64,000 nucleotides of DNA, from the NCBI GenBank assembly GCA_047967505.1, contig CM106538.1; one strand, written 5' to 3'. Positions 38,561 to 48,899 of this stretch are shown here, piece by piece. The notes beneath the pieces are model-generated. The model worked only from the letters and a program-made list of their open reading frames with translations. It was not told where the DNA came from and did no database searches. A program made the position numbers and the translations under genes. Source of the stretch: Dipteris shenzhenensis (taxonomy: Eukaryota). Numbering within the stretch: position 1 is the first letter of the stretch; each line of letters opens with the position of its first letter.

Positions 38561-39250
38561 ATCTAGCAAATAAGATGAAGATCATAATATGAGCCAAGAG
38601 GAAGATGCGCATAATGATATCCTACGAGAGGAAGATGGAGATCATGATATTGAGGAAGAAGATGACGATCATCAAGAATCACCACACTTTATTGTAGAAG
38701 ATGATTAAGTACTCTTAGGTGAACGTACGATGCTAGAGTACGATGATGATATAGGAGATCAACTCGGTATAGAATTAGAGATAGACTTATTTTGCACGTT
38801 AGACTTGGCTCAAGATGAAGCCGTTGATGTAAATGCTCTTCATTGACTTTTTTCATCTCAAACTTGGACATGAATATATGAGCTTCAAAGGCTTGGTGTA
38901 CATGCTCTTGTACTTTTATTCTCTCAAAGGATCAAACATGTAAAATTTTGTCATTGAGAAAAACTATCTTTTAATGTCGGTATGAGAAAAAACACTCTTT
39001 GTAAGTCTCAGTGTTGCTATATAGCGACCATTCACAAGTCTAATAAGTGTCGCTATATAGTGACCATTCACAAGTCTAATAAAGGTTGCTAGATAGCGAC
39101 ACTCTTTAAACGTCACTATATAGCGACGTTTGCCTAAAGTCACTATAAAGCGATGCTTAACGAATCTCGCTTTGATTATCGACGATTAGCGCCCCGCGTG
39201 CACTAATCATTGGTCCTTAAGCATCGGAATAAGACCCGTGTGTAGTAGTG

Positions 39251-39869
39251 CAAGTTTGCTTTGCAACTCAAAAATGCCTTCTTGCTTGTGCATGGATGGA
39301 CAAAAAACCCATATTCTTTGCTTCAAATGTTTTTGGGATGAGGAGAGGGGATCTAAAAAGGAAAATTTCCAATGATGTGAAGGTTTCACTTCCTTGTCCA
39401 AAAATTGCAATTCAATATAACAAATTCAAGGCTAGATGTGACACCTTTGATAGTTTGGTCCTTGGCCAATGATTATAGCATGGAGAGTGCTATGCATGGT
39501 TGGAAATGGTGGCATGCCTTATTTTGGGGCTTGATGGACTCAATCTTTACAAATGCATGGATAATATGGAGGGATATGAATGATAAGGTGATGATAAGAA
39601 GGATGTCAACCGATTTAAGCTCATGCTAAGGCTTCAAGAGCAGCTTGTTGATAATGCATTTGCGAGCTTGTATTCAACTAGAAGCATAGGCCAAAATGAT
39701 TTGTATTTGGGAGGACACATGATTATGAGAATGCAGGATGAGGCACGTAAGTTGTGTGTTGTTTGTGGTGCAAAAATAGCAGGAGATTGCTTTTTGAGGG
39801 TAAAGAAGCACAAGAAGCAAAGGCATCTAGAACAATTTACAGTTGTGTAAATACAATAAACACATCATG
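39251..39869 (+). pseudogene. piggyBac-like transposase, C-terminal half
   Basis: AWMDKKPIFFASN, PKIAIQYNKFKARCDTFD, KWWHALFWGLMDSIFTNAWII, RKLCVVC...RTIYSC; resumes immediately after the CACTA TSD. Confidence 0.85.
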
Positions 39870-40157
39870 CATTAGGGGAGAATTGGCATCTCAAAAGGAA
39901 CTCCAATTAGTGTTTCCTAATTTCAAGGGATTAGAGAGTGATTTGAGGTGTACCAATGAGAGTGCTAGAAGATGTCGAGCAATGGTATGTTGAGGTGGAG
40001 TGTGGGTAGGCCTACAGAGAGTCCCTATTGGTTGCTCCCCTTACACTAGGGACCACCCAAACCATCCCCCCCCCCCTAACCCATGTTTGACCCTCCTACT
40101 AGGTGCACCTCCCCCACATGAGCCCAAAACTGCATTCAATGGGATGGTAGGGCCCAA

Positions 40158-41077
40158 ATGGCAAATTACTCTTCTCCCCTCCCTCTTTCTATTATGGTCC
40201 TTGTCCCCCCTCATCATCGATGGAGAAGAGTACGTATTCGTCCATGCCATAGAAATTCTTTTTGGACTACGAGAGAGAATGAGGCACTTGGAGTCCTATC
40301 GGGGTTCGATGTTGACATGTGTCAAAGATCTCGGGGTTTTAGGTACCAAAGACTAGACAATGGAAGACTTTCTCTTGACGATGCTGGTTTCAATGAGGGA
40401 TGCAGACATGTCCATATACGATGCACAACCCTCTCATACAAAAGCTTCCACCTCCACCAACATAGGTCAGGAGAAAATGTCCACCTCCCAAATGGAACAT
40501 CACATAGGACCTGGTTCCATCAACATTGCAAATGAGGAAGGGATAGAAGGCGACGACACTGGAGTGGTAAGTTCAAACAATATTTTTTATTTTGATGTTC
40601 TTTCAGTATAATTTGTTTTCGGTTTTCTAATGTTTGTTGAATTGTTGTAGGATGCATTTGAGCTTGATGAATTCTCATCTCGATGGGGTAATGTTTGTAG
40701 CACATTTAGGCGAGATCATTGTTTGGCCCATTACCTTGGTAAAGTCGTAGAGCATATCATGGTCTTTCATAGCAAATTTTCTCCTCGAGGTCCTTCAAAA
40801 CTGTTGAAGTGCAAGGCATTGTCACGCACTATCGGATGCTCCAACATTACTCGGAATGCTGACAAGTCATTTTGGTACACCGCCTAGATGCTATCAATGC
40901 CTTTAATTCGAACATTCATGGCAGGGCATTGACAACAACGGCTATGTCTTTGGCAGCAGAGGAGAGGAGGATGTTAGTGCTGTTGCGGCTAGGTTTATAT
41001 CTAGGAATCCACTAGGGGATTCAAAGACCCCTATTCTCAATGTACTCAAACTAGCCAAGAAGAAAGATAGCCTGTGA
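40158..41077 (+). pseudogene. Spliced ORF of unknown function inside the transposon (3' end approximate)
   Basis: MANYSSP... with frameshift to IIDGEEYVFVHAIEILFG..., stop, MEDFLLTMLVS...GDDTGV; GTAAG..TTGTAG intron 40567-40650; in-frame exon DAFELDEFSSRWGNVCSTFRRDHCLAHYLG... Confidence 0.5.
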
Positions 41078-41299
41078 GGCCTTTTGTATATATAAGCATA
41101 TATTTAAATGGATATTTCAATGGATACATGACTACATGTCTTTATTATTTGTTTTAAGTTATCATTGCTCGTCATGAATTCCATTGTATTTTGTTTATGT
41201 CCTTGATGATATATTTTCTCCATCATTTTAATTGTGTTAATTTAATAAATTTCTAGCCAATTTAGTATCATTTTCACCAATTCTGGGTATTGAGAGTTC

Positions 41300-41575
41300 A
41301 TTTCTGTCAAATCCTGAAGGATTTTCACCATAACACAGAAGGGAAAAGTGTTCGGCATGTTGCCAGAAAGCCCAAAACCCACCACAGTGTGAATTTGGGC
41401 ATTCTAGCAACTAAAGCCCAAACCCACCATGGCGTGAATTTGGGCATTCTGGCAAGTTGCAAGAATGCCCAAATTCACGCCGTGGTGGGTTTTGGGCTTT
41501 CTGGTGTCTTGGCAATGTGTCAGACACTTTTCCCTTCTGCGTGACAATGAAATTCCTTCAGGATTTGACAAAATT
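41300..41575. repeat. Internal inverted repeat/hairpin between convergent genes
   Basis: TGTCAAATCCTGAAGGA..CAGAAGGGAAAAGTGT..GGCGTGAATTTGGGCATTCT versus AGAATGCCCAAATTCACGCC..ACACTTTTCCCTTCTG..TCCTTCAGGATTTGACA. Confidence 0.9.
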
Positions 41576-41758
41576 CAAAACTTACATTGAAATGATCAAT
41601 TATAGCAGTCATAGAAATAGAAAATACACAACAATACGGTAGTGTAGAGAATGTCGATATATTTTATTTAAAAAAATCGGCCCTTGGGCCTTAGATACAA
41701 GATAGTGTCTTCAAGGGCAAGGGGTGGCCTAACACCTAAGAGTGGGCTATAAGAGAAT

Positions 41759-42714
41759 CTAGGGCTTCAAACTTGGGTCACTCCATAGCCGCTTCGCCAA
41801 AGCCATGTCCTTGTCCATGACCGTGACGTGCTTTGCATGGATGGCACACAAGTTGGCATCCTCGAATAGAGCAGAGGTCAATTGCTCCACAGCCTCTTGG
41901 AGTGCTTCCATAGCTCTTATGCTAAAGTCCTTGAATCCCTGTGCTATCTCCCGTACCACACGTTGGAAGGGAGCATGTGGGATTAAGTTGTCAGTGGTAT
42001 TCTGCATTTTCTTGATCTCCCTCAGGGCCCGTGCTCCTAGCTTTGCTTTGTACGGCTTCCTGATTCTTGGTGGGGGCCTCACAGGTACCCAAACACCTTC
42101 CCACGACCTCCTATCTGCCTTGAACTTCTTCCATTGCTCTTGTCTGCATTGGTCCTCCTCCGAGTCCTCCTCTCACTGATGTCTAGAGCTTTGGCCTTCT
42201 TTGGGATGGGGCTTCCTTGGAGTCTGCTTTACCCTCCTCATGGGCTCACGGATCATCTCTGTGATGGGTTGTATCTCTGGGAGAGGGAAGATGGTGCTCT
42301 TCGTGGCAATGTGTTGGCCCTCAGGAAGCCTCTCTATGTCCAGAAGGTTATCCAACACATTTTGTTTGATCCGGAGAGGGCTCTCATGGGGGGAGGGGAA
42401 GGCCGAGGGGAAGGTTGAGAAAGGCTGAGGGTCGAGGCTGAGGGGAAGGTTGAGGGAAAGGTTGAGGGTCAATGACGGTGAGGGGAAGGCTGGGGAGAAT
42501 ACTGAGGGGAAGGCTGAGGCTAAGGGGAAGGCTGAAACTAAGGAGAAGCCTGGAAGACCTCATAAGAGTTGGGGGAGGGCTCACAAGAGTCAAGGGAGGC
42601 ACCACTGGACTTGGATAGGTTTGTGTGTGTAGATGCCATGGAGGTGGTGGAGCTAGAGGAGGAAGGGTGGAGGCGGTGTCCAGTGGGTCTAGCCGTGTTC
42701 TTCACTCTTGCCAT
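41759..42714 (-). pseudogene. Divergent histone H3-like gene with a ~210-aa N-terminal tail (one frameshift, in-frame stops)
   Basis: Starts MARVKNTAR; histone fold [92 protein letters not shown]. Confidence 0.9.
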
Positions 42715-43104
42715 TGAATAATGAGAGTTAGGGTTTTTAAAAACGTTTTGTAAGGGCCCATCATGTTTTGACATCCCTTTTAATTACGTTTAGGGTTTCA
42801 TCATGCCCCTACCCTCGCCCTAACCCCTCCAACCCCCCCCAATCTTGTCGCCCTCCCCCTCCTTGCCCTCCCCCTACTTGCCCTACCCACACCCGTCGCC
42901 CTCCCCCATACCCCCCATCCCCCCTCCCCCCACCCTTGCTACCACTCCACCCCTCCCTTCTCTCCCCCCTCCTTCACCATGTCCCCACTTTCCCCAACGT
43001 CATGTGAGTACAAAAATTGTGGTCAAAATAAGCAACATATTAAAGAGTGAGTACACAAATTGTGGTCAAAATAAGCAATATATTTATTTCATATTTGTAT
43101 ACAA

Positions 43105-44996
43105 TTACACCATAGCTTCCGTTGGTGGTTGGACCCATCTGCTCCCTTCTCTCACTCTAGCTTGCAACCAACGTGCGACTCCTCGACTCCCTATGGATGC
43201 TTTCCAAGCACTATGCCTTCTATTCTTTGATACAATTTGAACTGCTTTTGCAAGTTCTGATGCCTTTGCATTTTCAGACTTCAAAGTCCTTCCTAGTAAA
43301 CATCTAAAAAACCAGTCGAACATCTCATGCAATGCATTGCTGCGAGTGACACCACCACCATGCCTTGAGTTCTTGAAGTAGGCTGCCTTGGCTCTATAGT
43401 GCAACTTCTCCATGCCTTGTGTATTCCAAATGGAAAAAGGACCCCAATTTTGTACAAACCATGGTCCGTGTGCATAGAGAATATGCTGCAAACATGATGA
43501 GAATCAAATCAGCAACAACAAAAACTATTTATAAAGTAAGTGCTAAATATTACAATGGTGCCAAGATTACCATGTAATGCGTAATGTGCGACTCCCCCCA
43601 TGCTTTCACCATTAATTGCATAAACTCTTTCATAGCCATCCTGAACCTTTCATAATACATCTCATCGATTTGAACCTGGTGAAGCAATTTTATCAATGCA
43701 TCTACCTTTGTCCATACTTTAGCTCTCAAAGTTGCTACTTGAGGATCAGAAGCCTTATTGGTCGTGCATTCACACAATGCTTTCCAATATTCCCAACCGA
43801 AACTACTTTGAGACAATGTATGTTTGTCTTTGTCGAGATTGTGGTTCAATAGGAATCTCCTTGCCTTCCCTCCACCCATGGACACTTTTGCAAGAAGATT
43901 CTATGTTGCCTCGGACATTTTCTTATCCTCGTTAAGTTTGACATGTCCTCCATGGAATCCCATCTCTGACAATAGCTTCTTAGCTTCTGCAATGCACCGT
44001 GCGGATACTTCTTGCGGAATTAAATTCCAAGCATAAACAAGATGCAAATACAACAACTTATCAAGCATGCGCAGTTCTGTGTGTAAAGTACATATGTGTA
44101 CTCTCTCAAGTGGGATGGGCAAGATGGGATCTCATTTTGGATCCTTCTTATCGTGATTGTGAGCTTGCATTTGGCAAGATAGAATGCCATTCTCCCATTG
44201 TAAGCCAACCTTTTGCTTACATTGCGAACACATGCAATAAAGGCATGTGTTCATTACATTTGCCCCTATATCACAACCATGCAAGCACTTGAGGGTTTTT
44301 AGATCACCAGCAAGATGCCATTCAACTTGAAAGGCTCCATGGCCATTGACTGTCAATGTTTGCCCTTCCTCTTGTCTTCGGATGGTCGATGGGATTCCTG
44401 TTCTATCCTTTTGCACTCGTTCTTCTGCCTTCTCTCATTCCTTCTCTACGGCTGATCGAACTTGATTGTATATAGATCTTTCCAAGCCTTTTTTGGACTT
44501 AGCTAGCTTACAGAGTGACTCTTCTAATTTATGTCGCTCCAAGTCCAATGCATTTTGCTCCAAGTCCAATGCTTTGGCTTTATCATGAAGATCATGGTTC
44601 TCCCTTTGAAGATCCTACATAGAGTTATGCATTGCAACAATGGTGCTATTTCTTAAATGTGCTAGCATCTTTGCTTCAGCTCTGCACATCTCGTGCTTGC
44701 ATAGCCATTTAATGAGCATTGTTTAACCAATTGCAATAACCAAGCAACCCCACATGTCCATTTCCAACAAATTGAACTAGCTCATGCATTGTATGGAAAG
44801 GAGGGCTCTTTTGGTTGGCAAGATCTAAAGGATATAAGGATCCTTCTACCCAAAGGTTGAGATGTTTCTTTCCTTGAGAATGAAGACTGTGGATTTTGGA
44901 AGCTCCCCTCAATCCTAGACTACATGTGCTTGCATATTCAGCCTCCAACTCTAAGTGAACCTGGTACTTGTTGGAGATGTCCTCGAATGGTGCCAT
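43105..44996 (-). pseudogene. RAG1/Transib-like DDE transposase, spliced (intron 43486-43570), decayed and probably internally deleted
   Basis: Ordered motifs LAGDLK..CLYC, ICTLH, MGGGKARRFL, ITHYM|HILYAH, GPFSIWNTQGMEK; N-terminal coiled coil; first catalytic Asp region not found. Confidence 0.75.
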
Positions 44997-45059
44997 GACT
45001 AAAGGATTGTAGAGAAGGAGAAGGCGTGGAGATGCAAGCTTGAAGGAGCAACACGCAGG

Positions 45060-45535
45060 AAGAGGGAGGCGAGGAGGAGGAGGGATGGGGGAGGGAGGAC
45101 CAGTAGTTAAAGAGAAGGAAAGGGGGGTAGACCAACAGGTGTGGAGGGTGAGGAGGAGTAGGCATGGAGGAGGAGGGAGGGAGGAGGGAGGAGTAGGATG
45201 GAGGGGGGAGGAGGAGCAGTGGTGGAGGAGGAGGGAGGGGGAGGGGAGGAGGAGCAGGCATGGAGGAGGGAGGGAGGGAGAGGGCAAGAGGAGCAGGCAT
45301 AGAGGAGGGAGGGAGGGAGGGGGAGGAGGAGGAAGGGGGAGGAGGGAGTGAGGAGGGGGAGAGGGAGAGGAGGAGAGGGGAGGGGGAGGAGGGAGGGAGG
45401 GAGGGGGAGGAGGAGGGAGGGGAAGGAGGGAGTGAGGAGGGGGAGTAAGGGAGGGGGAGGGAGGAGGGGGAGGGAGGGAGGGAGGAGAGAGAAGGAGGGG
45501 GAGAGAGGGAGGGAGGAGAGAGAAGGAGGGAGGGA
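45060..45535. repeat. G/A-rich low-complexity tract upstream of the transposase
   Basis: (GGA/GGGA)n; the Pro/Gly-rich ORFs here are artefacts of it. Confidence 0.9.
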
Positions 45536-46166
45536 AATCAAAATTTGAATTTTTTGGTTTCCACCTAGGAGTAAGAGTTGTGTAAGAGGTGGGGTCACTT
45601 TTGGGCTTAACCCACCTAGGTGAGGGGAAGTTAGGACTTTTTGGGATCTACCTTGGCCCTTTCATTTGGACTAATCCATTTCTTAATCCATTCCTTATGA
45701 GGCCCTTTTGAGACCCCAATTCTCCCCTAATGGGTGAATTTTTCATGCTAGTTTCGTTAAGAAGTGAAACTTTTATATTAGTGTCAACAGTTTCTATATC
45801 CTAATTAAATAAATGTTTGAAACATTTGCCAGGATTTGAAACTTTTATACAAAAAATATGAAGTTTCACCAGGACTTGCATCTTTTACTTCAAAATTGAA
45901 AGGAAAAGATATAAAAAGCATACTATGTTATATTTATATTGTGAAACTAAAAGAATTACCTCAATAAAATCTCGCCAAGATTTTATATTAATATTAGCTT
46001 CGATAAAAACATCCCTGAAACACATGTTTGTTGATCCTTGTTTTTGCCTGTTTCATTCTAAGGATGTTGTTACTTCTTTGAATGATGGTGGAAGGATACA
46101 TTGAAGAATAGGGCATTGAGAAACCATCTATAAGTTATCGTGTTGGCTTCTTGTTTGTATATACAT

Positions 46167-48727
46167 TGTTGAGATATGGTGCCATGAGCACATAGATTAA
46201 AGGGCAAAGGTATGTGATAAGGAAAGAATTAAAGTAGCCACCCTAGGATGTGGACTACAAGATGTGAAGATGTGGATTGAGGATATCCACAAGGAGAGAT
46301 GTGGATGAGAGGATCACACATGTGTTGACTATTCAAAGGGTACTCTCTATATAAGAGGCCTATCATGTATGGTTGAGAATAGCACATTGGCATAGTTTGA
46401 GTGTTTCATACTTTCTGTCTCTCTCCCCATGGCTTTCCATATTTGGTTTGATCCTCCATGATCTTTATGCTCATTAAGTGATAGATTAGGCTAGTACGAT
46501 CCATACTTTGACATGGTATCAGAGCTTAGGTTTAGCTAAGCCTAGATTGAGAGGTTTACATCTTTCATTCCGTTGATGAACTATTTTTGTTCATTTCGCA
46601 TTGAGGAATTCTATTCTATTGAAGTCCAAAGACCCTCTGTAGCACAAAGATTTTGTCAGGAGAGAGTTCTCCGTAAGGTTTAATGGACATGTTCTTGGTC
46701 GATAATGCTTCTCTGTAGGGTCTTGTGTACGACTATCTCTTGTGCTCCCTAAGGAACAACTCGGCTTCTACAGGTTGATTCAACGAGTAGCAGAGTTGCA
46801 GCTCTCCACAGCCATCGGGCTCTACTCAAGCACACTCTACAACGAACTGTCTCACAGTGACTCACAATGGTGGCCTCCAAGCATGGCCTCTTCGACGACC
46901 TTATACAACACCCGCACGCGACGTCGTAGCTGCAAGCCCCGTCCACCAGCGCCATAGCTAAACGAGCTGCCACCACCTTCTACCTCCAGCGCTCCTACTA
47001 CCTGCTCCAAAGACAACGCCAACAACGGGATCATCTCAACAGCAAGGATTGATTCATAGTTATTATCAAGCACTTCATAGTGGCAGCTCGCACTCAGCCT
47101 CGACGCGGTTACGTACTACGTATCATTCTGAGATTCGTAAAATTTTGAGTCTAGTCGTCTGAAACATTGCGGGCAGCTAGCTGCAAAATTATAACCCCTA
47201 GTGAGGGAAAGGAATCAGGTAAGAAAAAAAGGAGGTGCAGGCGACGTTTGGATACCGGATTTCCTAGCTCCTTCCACAGTCGACGGCTGCCTTCCACAAC
47301 GGCCTGTGCGGCTCTCCAAACGACCTTACGAGCTTAGAAAGCTTCGACGAAATGACCTTACGAGCTCATCTCTGATCATCTGAAGCACCAAGCAGACTCA
47401 CAGTGCGCTCCTCTAAGGCTCCTTGGATAGGCAACGACCTCCAAAGCCTTTGCACACCAGCCAAACTCTATTCGACTCAGCCAGCAGCAACGCTAGTAGG
47501 ACTTCAGGCTCCATCAGTCTTACACCGACGCCTCATGCTCAGACGACACCGTCCTCGCAATCCACGCTCCACCACGTCGTCTCACTGCAAATCTTTTCTC
47601 TCTTTCTCTCTAAGATTGTAAACCACGACACGTGGTAGGATAAGATTGAACTATGGTTAAGTTTAGCCTTACCTTGGTCAATGGTTAAGTTCAGGATTGG
47701 TTAACTCCCACATCACCAGTGCCACTAAGCACACAGCTTCTTGCTAAGCACAGTTTGAAATTCAGCATATGAATCCCTCTGCCACATCATCAAGGCATAG
47801 AAACTTCGATAAGGCGTAACTTCCAATCCAGGAAGAATTTGGACATGTTCCAAAAAGGGAAAGTGATCGTCTTTTCAGGCTCCACGCGCCTGTCATGTTA
47901 GAATTATTGTATGCAATTAGACACTGCCAATATTGAAAGTATTCAATTGGTAAGACCTTTGCAACAAATGAAAAAGCAATGCATGAATGTAGAAAGCATG
48001 CCAAAAGCACAAGTGTATGAGATGACCATAGCCCGAAGCATGGCATCCACACAAAGCATCAAGGCACATGGAAGAACAAAGCATCATGCATGAAGCTACA
48101 CCAAGCAAAGAAGCAAACGACATCGTCATCAAGCCATGAGCCAAAAGGTGACATCAATGGAATGTATTGAAAAGCAAAAACCTTGCCAACCTTGCCTATG
48201 TTTTGTAATCAAACCTGACCACCTGAGAGTAGCTATGAAAGCACCCAGGGGAGGTATTGACATGTAAAAGCCACACTTGACCACCTTAAGTAGCAATGCA
48301 AGCACTAAGGGGAGGTGATGGAATGTAACTCACATCTGACCACCTTGCAGTAGCCAAAGGATCATGGCACCAAGGGGAGGTGTTGAGATATGGTGCCATG
48401 AGCACATAGATTAAAGGGCAAAGGTATGTGATAAGGAAAGAATTAAAGTAGCCACCCTAGGATGTGGACTACAAGATGTGAAGATGTGGATTGAGGATAT
48501 CCACAAGGAGAGATGTGGATGAGAGGATCACACATGTGTTGACTATTCAAAGGGTACTCTCTATATAAGAGGCCTATCATGTATGGTTGAGAATAGCACA
48601 TTGGCATAGTTTGAGTGTTTCATACTTTCTGTCTCTCTCCCCATGGCTTTCCATATTTGGTTTGATCCTCCATGATCTTTATGCTCATTAAGTGATAGAT
48701 TAGGCTAGTACGATCCATACTTTGACA
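46167..48727 (+). mobile_element. Non-autonomous LTR retroelement (TRIM/LARD-like), recent insertion
   Basis: 347-bp LTRs 46167-46513 and 48381-48727 (TGTTG..TGACA), identical by eye; PBS TGGTATCAGAGC 46514-46525; PPT AAGGGGAGG; TSD TACAT; no recognisable gag/pol. Confidence 0.96.
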
Positions 48728-48899
48728 TACATGTATCTTGATTTCTTGGTCTTGAAATTATTTTTTATGTCTACAATGTACAAAACTCTTTTGGCTGACA
48801 TGACATTGGTGTTTTCTCAATGTTTCTTGAAGCTTAGATTGAATTTTGCTCTAGGTATTTAATTTCCATTACTATTTTTTAGTTTTTCAATTAATGCCT

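Larger units (their letters stand above)
30720..39250. mobile_element. Complete CACTA (En/Spm) transposon with 3-bp TSD CAA
   Basis: CAA|CACTAC...GTAGTG|CAA; subterminal palindromic repeats GTCGCTATATAGCGAC at both ends; TNP2-like transposase inside. Confidence 0.95.
39870..45732. mobile_element. TIR DNA transposon carrying a RAG1/Transib-like transposase, a histone H3-like gene and an unknown ORF
   Basis: TIRs CATTAGGGGAGAATTGGCATCTCAAAAGG (39870-39898) and reverse complement of 45704-45732 CATTAGGGGAGAATTGGGGTCTCAAAAGG (27/29 match); flanks TCATG and GGTGA show no TSD. Confidence 0.9.

Noticed and set aside
41759-42082. Calling the H3-like ORF a canonical H3 or the host CENH3
   Set aside because: Too divergent for canonical H3; loop 1 is short rather than extended; it is intronless, disrupted and lies inside TIRs.
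44938-45598. Pro-rich and Gly/Glu-rich ORFs
   Set aside because: Low-complexity GGA tract; only the part from ATG 44996 looks like real coding sequence.
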